44,314 nt of DNA from NCBI GenBank assembly GCA_964543155.1, contig CAZIXQ010000003.1, positions 1 through 44,314 of the forward strand. Reading direction: 5' to 3'. This document shows, one piece after another, positions 37,858 to 44,314 of this stretch. Origin of the DNA: an uncultured Enterobacteriaceae bacterium. Lineage in GTDB: Bacteria > Pseudomonadota > Gammaproteobacteria > Burkholderiales > SG8-39. Under the pieces are notes generated by a model that saw only the letters and a list, made by a program, of their open reading frames with translations, searched no databases and was not told the origin of the DNA. Position 1 is the first letter of the stretch, and the number at the start of each line of letters is the position of its first letter. The position numbers were made by a program, and so were the translations under genes.

Positions 37858-38307
37858 ATGCATCGCATCGACGTCCGCGTCCTCGACGCGCGCCTGCACG
37901 ACACGCCGCCCCAGTACGCGACGGCGGGCGCCGCGGGCCTCGACCTGCGCGCGTGCATCGACGCGCCGCTCGCGCTCGAGCCGGGCCAGTCCGCCTTGGT
38001 GCCGAGCGGTATCGCGATCCACCTCTCCGATCCGGGCCTCGCCGCACTCGTCCTGCCGCGCTCAGGGCTCGGGCACAAGCACGGCATCGTGCTCGGCAAC
38101 CTCGTCGGTCTGATCGACTCGGACTACCAGGGCCAGATCATGGTGTCGCTGTGGAACCGCTCGGCGGCGCCCTACACGCTGCAGCCCATGGAGCGGGTGG
38201 CGCAGCTGGTCATCGTGCCGGTGCTGCAGGTGGCGCTGAACATCGTCGAGGACTTCGCCGCGAGCGAGCGCGGCGCCGGCGGGTTCGGCAGCACCGGGCG
38301 GCGATAG
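37858..38307 (+). CDS. dut: dUTP diphosphatase
   Basis: [33 protein letters not shown] and GAGGFGSTG are the five dUTPase motifs. Follows coaBC as in many proteobacteria. Confidence 0.96.
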   Translation: MHRIDVRVLDARLHDTPPQYATAGAAGLDLRACIDAPLALEPGQSALVPSGIAIHLSDPGLAALVLPRSGLGHKHGIVLGNLVGLIDSDYQGQIMVSLWNRSAAPYTLQPMERVAQLVIVPVLQVALNIVEDFAASERGAGGFGSTGRR

Positions 38308-38321
38308 CGCTCCGCGGCACC

Positions 38322-38354
38322 GGAAAAGAAAGCGCGCGGCGAATGCCGCGCGCT
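38322..38354 (-). terminator. Rho-independent terminator between convergent dut and fccB; the U-tract is on the fccB side
   Basis: AGCGCGCGGC (38331-38340), loop GAAT, GCCGCGCGCT (38345-38354). The plus-strand GGAAAAGAA gives UUCUUUUCC after the hairpin on the minus transcript. Confidence 0.8.
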
Positions 38355-38380
38355 AGCTTGCCCGATACCGGCGCCGCGAC

Positions 38381-39673
38381 CTAGCCGAGGGCGTCCGACC
38401 AGATGTTCTCGGCCCAGCCCATCGCGAACACGCCTTCCTTCACGCTCGGCGCAGTCGACAGTCCGCCGGCGCCTTTCACCGGGACCAGCGTCTTCTGCGC
38501 CTTGTCGTAGACGTGGACCGACGCCACGTGGACGACCTCGCGATTGTCGATCCAGCTGTAGCAGGTGTTGGCGATGATCGGCTCGTCGTTGACGGGCCGT
38601 CCGGTCATCGTCGCCACGATCGCGCCGGCGGCGATCTTGCCGTGCTGGTTCGCCATGTGGCCGGACTTCGGCATGGCCGGCGCCGCGAGAATGGCGTCGC
38701 CGATGACGTGCACGTCCTTGTGCGCCGTCGACTCGAAGGCGAGGTAGTCGATCCCGCACCAGCGCTGGTTGACGTTGATCAGACCGGCCTGGCGCGCGAT
38801 GTCGCCCGCGCGCTGGGGCGGGACCACGTTGAGCACGTCGGCCTTGACCGAGCCGCCGAGCAGCCGGATCGTCTTCGCGCCGGCATCCACGGCCTCGAGC
38901 TCGCTGTTCGGACGATACTCGACGAGACCCTTGTACGTCCCGTTCCATGCCGCCATGAACAGGCCTTTCTTGGACTGCACGTCGTCGTTCGAGTCGAGGA
39001 TGAGGACCTTCGACTTCGGCTTGACGGTCTTGAAGTAGTAGGCGACCTGGCACGCGCGCTCGTACGGTCCCGGCGGGCAGCGATAGGGCGACTTGGGGAT
39101 CCACAGAGCGTAGACGCCGCCGTCCGGCATGGCCTCGAGCTGCTTGCGCAGCGCCACGGTCTGCTCCCCCGCCTTCCACGCGTGCAGGATCTGCGCCTGC
39201 GCCTGCGGCGTCTGGAGACCGGGCACCTGCTCGTACATGAAGTCGATGCCGGGCGCGACCACGACCTTGTCGTACGGCAGGTCCTCGATGCGCTTGAGCC
39301 GGACGCGCTTCTTGACCGGATCGATCCCGGTGACCTCGTCGTGGATCACCTGCACGCCGAGTGCGCGCAGCTTGTCGTAGCCGAGCGTCAGCTCCTCGAT
39401 CTTCATCGAGCCGCCGAGCACGCGGTTGCTGAACGGGCAGGACACGAACTGGCGGTTGCGCTCGATCAGGAAGACCTGGATGCGGCCGCCGCTCCATGCG
39501 CGGATGTAGCGTGCCGCGGTTGCGCCGCCGTAGCCCCCGCCGATCACGATGACCCTGCCGATCGGTGCCGGCGGGGCGGCAGGCTCGGTCGCGCAGCCGG
39601 TCATCGCGGACACGCCGGCGAGGGTGCCGCTCGCGCCGAGCAGCTTCACGAAATCTCGTCTGTCGATGCTCAT
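38381..39673 (-). CDS. fccB: Flavocytochrome c sulfide dehydrogenase, flavoprotein subunit (FCSD/SoxF type), Tat-exported
   Basis: Internal ATG of track ORF 38381..39772 with GGAGGA SD. Twin-arginine signal MSIDRRDFVKLLGA. FAD fold VIVIGGGYGGATAA. Conserved FVSCPFSN and YRCPPGPYER. Confidence 0.88.
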   Translation of the reverse strand: MSIDRRDFVKLLGASGTLAGVSAMTGCATEPAAPPAPIGRVIVIGGGYGGATAARYIRAWSGGRIQVFLIERNRQFVSCPFSNRVLGGSMKIEELTLGYDKLRALGVQVIHDEVTGIDPVKKRVRLKRIEDLPYDKVVVAPGIDFMYEQVPGLQTPQAQAQILHAWKAGEQTVALRKQLEAMPDGGVYALWIPKSPYRCPPGPYERACQVAYYFKTVKPKSKVLILDSNDDVQSKKGLFMAAWNGTYKGLVEYRPNSELEAVDAGAKTIRLLGGSVKADVLNVVPPQRAGDIARQAGLINVNQRWCGIDYLAFESTAHKDVHVIGDAILAAPAMPKSGHMANQHGKIAAGAIVATMTGRPVNDEPIIANTCYSWIDNREVVHVASVHVYDKAQKTLVPVKGAGGLSTAPSVKEGVFAMGWAENIWSDALG

Positions 39674-39704
39674 TGGATTGTCCTCCGGAGTGGACGCGGC
39701 GCGT

Positions 39705-40019
39705 TCAGCGCTTCTGCCTCGAGAAGAAATCGGCCATCGCCTCGAGCTGCGCGTCGGAGTAGCCGCGCGCATGCTGGTGCATGACCGTCGCCGTCTTGGT
39801 CGCGCCCGACTTGAAGTCGAGCAGCGCCTTGTACAGATCGGCCCTCGACTTGCCGGCCAGGCCCGGCACTTCGCTGACGCTGCGGCCCTCGAAACCGTGG
39901 CAAGCCGCGCAGCTCGCGGCCCAGTACCGCGCCCGGTCCTCCATGCTCTGCGCGGCGGCCGGCTGCGCGGCCGCGGCGAGCACGAGCAGCGCGATCGCGG
40001 GAACTCCTCTCTTGAGCAT
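39705..40019 (-). CDS. fccA: Monohaem c-type cytochrome, probable FccB partner (FccA/SoxE-like)
   Basis: Internal ATG with AGGAGGAGGA SD. Signal peptide. A single CAACH haem motif and a distal Met (TVMHQH). Lies 31 nt upstream of fccB. Confidence 0.75.
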   Translation of the reverse strand: MLKRGVPAIALLVLAAAAQPAAAQSMEDRARYWAASCAACHGFEGRSVSEVPGLAGKSRADLYKALLDFKSGATKTATVMHQHARGYSDAQLEAMADFFSRQKR

Positions 40020-40112
40020 CGTCGTCCTCCTCCTCGTTCCTCCTAGAACCAAGCCGAGCGCGGACGTTCAGGCGCGCGGCTCCCCGTACCCGCAGTGTTG
40101 ATCCGACCCGTA

Positions 40113-40141
40113 AGTTAAACCCGGCAACAGCATGGTGGCAA
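40113..40141 (-). promoter_or_regulatory. Candidate sigma70 promoter for fccA-fccB (TTGCCA-17 nt-TTAACT)
   Basis: The minus strand reads TTGCCA (40141-40136), a 17-nt spacer, then TTAACT (40118-40113), in the 175-nt gap upstream of fccA. Confidence 0.45.
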
Positions 40142-40194
40142 GGGTGGTCGCACCGATACAGATCACGAAAAAGCGACCGGGCAGACGTGCCGCG

Positions 40195-40917
40195 CTAGCG
40201 CTTTTGCGCGAAATCGAGGCGGGACAGATAGTCGGACACCGCCTCGATCTGGGCATCCGTGTACCCCTTTACCGCCTTCACCATGCGCGGGTTGGCGTTG
40301 CGCCGCTTCGCGTCGCGGATCTCCTTCACCTGGCGAACCATGTAGAGGTAGTGCTGACCCGCGAGCACCGGATAGAACTTGCCCGCGTCGCCTTCGCCCC
40401 GGTCCCCGTGGCAGGTCACGCAGTCCTTGCGGTAGAGCTCGCCGCCGCGCGCGAGGTCAGTGCCGGGACCGCGGCCGTTGTCCTTCGGGATCGGCAGCTG
40501 CTGCAGATAGGTCGCAATGTCGGCGATCTCCTGCACGTTGATCATGTGCTTGCCGGCGAACGGATACATTTTCGGGTTGTCGCGCCGCCCGACCCGGATG
40601 TCGCCCATCTGCTTGATGAGGACAGTCGCGTGCTGGCCGGCGAGCTGCGGGTACGAGCCGTCGGCGAGCCCCGAGCCATCGGGCTTGTGACAGCCCTGGC
40701 AAACCTCGTACGCCACTCGACCGCGCGCGGGATCCCCCTTGAGCTTCAACGCCTCCGCCTCCTCCGCCGTCAGCTTGTCCCAGCGGTAGGACTTCGACTC
40801 GATACCCGGCGCGACCGGTGGTGTCGGCGGCGCGGCGAAGGCCGGTGCGGCAAGTGCGCCGAGGACGATGAGCGCTCCCGCCACGCGCCGGCTGCTCGCG
40901 GATCCCTCGATGATCAT
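40195..40917 (-). CDS. Dihaem c-type cytochrome (c4-like), periplasmic
   Basis: C-terminal 240 aa of track ORF 40195..41604. Signal peptide. Two haem motifs, CQGCH and CVTCH. The ATG overlaps the upstream stop (ATGA). Confidence 0.85.
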   Translation of the reverse strand: MIIEGSASSRRVAGALIVLGALAAPAFAAPPTPPVAPGIESKSYRWDKLTAEEAEALKLKGDPARGRVAYEVCQGCHKPDGSGLADGSYPQLAGQHATVLIKQMGDIRVGRRDNPKMYPFAGKHMINVQEIADIATYLQQLPIPKDNGRGPGTDLARGGELYRKDCVTCHGDRGEGDAGKFYPVLAGQHYLYMVRQVKEIRDAKRRNANPRMVKAVKGYTDAQIEAVSDYLSRLDFAQKR

Positions 40918-41525
40918 TTCATCCCCGCTATGTATTCGGACACCGCCTTCATCTGCTGGTCGTTCATCCGGTTGGCGACCGATTGCATGGCCAGGCCGCG
41001 ATCGTTCTCGCGCTTGCCCGCGGCGAAGTCCTTGAGTTGCTGGTAGGTGTACTCGGCGTGCTGCCCGGCGACGCGCGGGAAGCGTGGCGTGCCCATGCCG
41101 TCGGGGTAGTGGCAGCCCGAGCACGACGGCAGGCCGACCTCCGGGATGCCGTCGTTGTAGAGCTTGCGACCGGCCTCGACGAGCTTCGCGTCGCGCGCGT
41201 CGCCCGGCTTCGGCTTCTGCTCGGCGTAGTACGCGGCGAGGCCCGCCAGGTCGTCTTCGGCGAGCTCCTTCACCATCGGCTCCATCACCTCGCTCTTGCG
41301 CGCGCCCTTCTTGTAGTCGCGCAGCTGCTTGAGGAGGTACTCGGGCTGGAGGCCGGCGAGCTTCGGATGCGCGGGTTGCGGGCTGTTGCCGTCGATGCCG
41401 TGGCACGCGACGCACAGCCGGTCGACGATCGCGCGCGCCTTCGCCTTGTCGACGGTCTGTGCGTGCGCCTTCGCTCCGGCCGCGGCCAGACAGACCGCTA
41501 CGAGCGCTGCCGAAGTGGTTCTCAT
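40914..41525 (-). CDS. Cytochrome c4 (dihaem)
   Basis: C-terminal 203 aa of track ORF 40914..43397. MRTTSAALVAVCLAAAGAKAHA signal peptide. CVACH and CSGCH. The repeated QLxDFxxGxR pattern is typical of c4. Confidence 0.88.
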   Translation of the reverse strand: MRTTSAALVAVCLAAAGAKAHAQTVDKAKARAIVDRLCVACHGIDGNSPQPAHPKLAGLQPEYLLKQLRDYKKGARKSEVMEPMVKELAEDDLAGLAAYYAEQKPKPGDARDAKLVEAGRKLYNDGIPEVGLPSCSGCHYPDGMGTPRFPRVAGQHAEYTYQQLKDFAAGKRENDRGLAMQSVANRMNDQQMKAVSEYIAGMK

Positions 41526-41660
41526 TTTCTCGATCAGGGGCCCCGCGCGGCGTGCAATGCAACCCGCTCGCCGCCGGCGGCGGGAGTGTCCGCCGGCCCC
41601 CCAAGGAGCGTCAAAGAGTTTCGCTCGATACGCGGATCCGGCGCGCTTATCGCAACAGCA

Positions 41661-41686
41661 GAGAAAAGGGCCGCACGCGGCGGCCC
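41661..41686 (-). terminator. Rho-independent terminator after clpA
   Basis: The minus strand reads GGGCCGC-CGCGU-GCGGCCC followed by UUUUCUCUG, 22 nt after the clpA stop. Confidence 0.7.
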
Positions 41687-41707
41687 TCGACGCCACCGGA
41701 CGGCAGC

Positions 41708-44002
41708 TCAGGTCTCGGTGGGTGTCGGCGCGCCCGGCGGAGCGGGGGGCGCCTCGGCGGGCTCGTCGAAGCGCAGCACGATCCTGTCCTCCGGGTCGAC
41801 GTCCACGGTGACCTTGCCGCCGCTCAGGAGGCGACCGAACAGGAGTTCGTCGGCGAGGGCCTTGCGGATCGTGTCCTGGATGAGACGGGACATCGGCCGC
41901 GCGCCCATCGCCGGGTCGAACCCGCGGCGCGCGAGGTGCTCCTTGAGCGCGTCCGACCAGACCGCCTCGACCTTCTTCTCGTGCAGCTGCTCCTCGAGCT
42001 GCATCAGGAACTTGTCGACCACCCGCAGGATGATGTCGTGGTCGAGCTGGCGGAACGAGATGATCGCGTCCAGCCGGTTGCGGAACTCTGGCGTGAACAG
42101 GCGCCGGATCTCGCCCATCTCGTCGCCGGCCTCCTTCTTCGCAGTGAACCCCATTACTGCCTTGTTCAGCGCCTCGGCGCCCGCGTTGGTCGTCATGACG
42201 ATCATGACGTTGCGAAAATCGGCCTTGCGGCCGTTGTTGTCGGTCAGCGTGCCGTGGTCCATCACCTGCAGGAGGATGTTGAAGATGTCCGGGTGCGCCT
42301 TCTCGATCTCGTCGAGCAGCAGCACCGAGTACGGCTTCTTGGTGATCGCCTCGGTCAACAGCCCGCCCTGGTCGAAGCCGACGTATCCGGGCGGGGCGCC
42401 GATCAGCCGTGACACCGCGTGGCGCTCCATGTACTCGGACATGTCGAAGCGGATCAGCTCGATGCCCATGCAGTAGGCGAGCTGGCGCGCCACCTCGGTC
42501 TTGCCGACGCCGGTCGGTCCGCTGAACAGGAAGTTGCCGATCGGCTTCTGCGGGTTGCCGAGCCCTGAGCGCGCGGTGCGGATCGCCGACACGAGCGCGT
42601 CGATCGCCTTGTCCTGGCCGAACACGACCGCCTTGAGGTCGCGGTCGAGGTTCTTGAGCGCGGTGCGGTCGTCGGTCGACACGGTCTGCGGCGGGATGCG
42701 GGCGATCTTGGCGATGATCTCCTCGATCTCCTGCTTGCCGATCATGCGCTTCTGCTTCGACTTCGGCAGGATGCGCTGCGCCGCGCCCGCCTCGTCGATG
42801 ACATCGATCGCCTTGTCGGGCAGGTGCCGGTCGTTGATGTACCGGGCGGACAGCTCCGCGGCCGAGGAGAGCGCGTTCGCGCTGTACTTCACGCCGTGGT
42901 GCGCCTCGAAGCGCGACTTGAGGCCCTTCAGGATCTCCACCGTCTCGTCGATCGAAGGCTCGATCACGTCGATCTTCTGGAAGCGCCGCGAGAGCGCGTG
43001 GTCCTTCTCGAACACGCCGCGGTACTCGTTGTAGGTGGTGGCGCCGATGCACTTCAGCGCGCCGGTGGAGAGCGCGGGCTTGAGCAGGTTGGACGCGTCG
43101 AGCGTGCCGCCCGAGGCCGCACCTGCCCCGATCAGCGTGTGGATCTCGTCGATGAATAGGATCGCGTTCGGGTTGTCGAGCAGCTGCTTGAGCACCGCCT
43201 TTAGCCGCTGCTCGAAGTCGCCGCGGTACTTCGTGCCGGCGAGCAGCGCGCCCATGTCGAGCGCATAAACCTGGCACTTCGCGAGGATGTCGGGCACCTG
43301 CCCCTCGACGATGCGGCGCGCGAGGCCCTCCGCGATCGCGGTCTTGCCCACGCCGGCCTCGCCCACGAGCAGGGGGTTGTTCTTGCGCCGGCGGCACAGG
43401 GTCTGGACGACCCGCTCCAGCTCGCGCTCGCGCCCGATCAGCGGGTCGATCTTGCCGACCAGCGCCTGCGCGTTCAGGTTGACGGTGTAGGTCTCGAGCG
43501 CGCCCCCGGACTGCTGGCCTTCCTGGCTCTCCTCGTCGCTTTCGGCGGGCTTGGGCTGCTGCGATTGAGGTGCCTTGGTGATGCCGTGCGAGATGTAGTT
43601 CACGACGTCCAGGCGGGTCACGCCCTGCTGGTGCAGGAAGTACACCGCGTGCGAGTCCTTCTCGCCGAAGATGGCCACCAGCACGTTCGCGCCGGTGACT
43701 TCCTTCTTGCCGGAGGACTGGACGTGGAGGATCGCGCGCTGGATCACCCGCTGGAAACCGAGGGTGGGCTGGGTGTCGATCTCCTCGGTGCCGGCGACCG
43801 TCGGGGTGTGCGAGTTGATGAACTCGGTCAGGCTCTTGCGCAGCTCCTCGATGTTCGCGGCGCAGGCCCGCAGCACCTCCGCCGCGGTGGGATTGTCCAG
43901 CAGCGCGAGGAGGAGGTGCTCGACGGTGATGAACTCGTGCCGCTTCTGGCGCGCCTCGACGAACGCCATGTGCAGGCTGACTTCGAGCTCCTGGGCAATC
44001 AT
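41708..44002 (-). CDS. clpA: ATP-dependent Clp protease ATP-binding subunit ClpA
   Basis: Internal ATG of track ORF 41708..44107. [35 protein letters not shown]. Two Walker A loops ([16 protein letters not shown]). About 764 aa. Confidence 0.96.
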   Translation of the reverse strand: MIAQELEVSLHMAFVEARQKRHEFITVEHLLLALLDNPTAAEVLRACAANIEELRKSLTEFINSHTPTVAGTEEIDTQPTLGFQRVIQRAILHVQSSGKKEVTGANVLVAIFGEKDSHAVYFLHQQGVTRLDVVNYISHGITKAPQSQQPKPAESDEESQEGQQSGGALETYTVNLNAQALVGKIDPLIGRERELERVVQTLCRRRKNNPLLVGEAGVGKTAIAEGLARRIVEGQVPDILAKCQVYALDMGALLAGTKYRGDFEQRLKAVLKQLLDNPNAILFIDEIHTLIGAGAASGGTLDASNLLKPALSTGALKCIGATTYNEYRGVFEKDHALSRRFQKIDVIEPSIDETVEILKGLKSRFEAHHGVKYSANALSSAAELSARYINDRHLPDKAIDVIDEAGAAQRILPKSKQKRMIGKQEIEEIIAKIARIPPQTVSTDDRTALKNLDRDLKAVVFGQDKAIDALVSAIRTARSGLGNPQKPIGNFLFSGPTGVGKTEVARQLAYCMGIELIRFDMSEYMERHAVSRLIGAPPGYVGFDQGGLLTEAITKKPYSVLLLDEIEKAHPDIFNILLQVMDHGTLTDNNGRKADFRNVMIVMTTNAGAEALNKAVMGFTAKKEAGDEMGEIRRLFTPEFRNRLDAIISFRQLDHDIILRVVDKFLMQLEEQLHEKKVEAVWSDALKEHLARRGFDPAMGARPMSRLIQDTIRKALADELLFGRLLSGGKVTVDVDPEDRIVLRFDEPAEAPPAPPGAPTPTET

Positions 44003-44310
44003 TACGTTTCCTCCATCACGCACTGCAGCGGATGCTGGTGCCGACGTGCATATGCTACGACTTGCTCGACCTTCGTGGTCGCGATGTCTCGCGGGTAGAC
44101 CCCGCACACTCCCATGCCTTCGCGGTGCACCTTGAGCATCACCTGCGTCGCCTTCTCGCGCGTCATGGCGAAGAACGTCTGCAGGACCACGACCACGAAC
44201 TCCATCGGCGTGTAGTCGTCGTTCAGCAGAACCACCTTGAACAGCGGCGGCGGCTTGACCTTCGACTTCTTGGTCTCGAGGACCGTTCCATCACGCGACC
44301 GGGTCGCCAT
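44002..44310 (-). CDS. clpS: ATP-dependent Clp protease adaptor ClpS
   Basis: [27 protein letters not shown]. The stop overlaps the clpA start by 1 nt (TAATG). Confidence 0.95.
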   Translation of the reverse strand: MATRSRDGTVLETKKSKVKPPPLFKVVLLNDDYTPMEFVVVVLQTFFAMTREKATQVMLKVHREGMGVCGVYPRDIATTKVEQVVAYARRHQHPLQCVMEET

Positions 44311-44314
44311 GCCT

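Noticed and set aside
40150-40194. T5 run preceded by GC-rich sequence just after the 240-aa cytochrome stop (minus strand: GCGCGGCACGTCTGCCCGGTCGCTTTTT), a possible terminator separating the c4 pair from fccAB
   Set aside because: The best stem I can draw is only about 4 bp (GGCA/TGCC), which does not meet intrinsic-terminator criteria. Whether the four cytochrome/fcc genes form one or two transcripts is left open.
41526-43397. N-terminal ~620 residues of the 827-aa minus-strand ORF 40914..43397
   Set aside because: The frame runs out of frame through clpA and the clpA terminator. Only the C-terminal 203 aa (cytochrome c4, ATG at 41525 with a signal peptide) are credible.

Overview
This is a high-GC chromosomal segment (G+C judged by eye, not computed). 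Its core-genome synteny looks betaproteobacterial: glyA-nrdR-ribD-ribE, radC-rpmB-rpmG opposite coaBC-dut, and clpS-clpA. I support 43 protein-coding genes. One (coxL) is truncated by the left edge, and one (rpmG, 51 aa) is missing from the supplied ORF track. I also call several intrinsic terminators, three sigma70-type promoters with both hexamers, and a set of isolated AT-rich -10 boxes. I saw no rRNA, tRNA, CRISPR array, transposase, integrase, phage gene, toxin-antitoxin pair or recognisable defence gene. The many very long alternative-frame and antisense ORFs in the track are stop-codon-poor artefacts of the base composition. I do not see convincing evidence for a new multi-gene system; the window looks mostly like ordinary housekeeping DNA. 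The least explained units are listed here. (1) An EamA / GalT-like HIT enzyme / EamA / alpha-beta-hydrolase cluster at 20860-24616. (2) A form-II (AYRGAGR) CoxSL enzyme of unknown substrate with divergent XdhC-MocA maturation genes. (3) A DUF2917 / LysR / M61-PDZ peptidase unit. (4) A recurring TAGAAT(CCGGC) promoter element, which in two cases sits where a leaderless mRNA would be expected (degQ-like, purN). (5) A phasin promoter bracketed by two TTGTGC-N3-GCACAA dyads. All functional calls come from motif recognition in the translations. No database search was possible.
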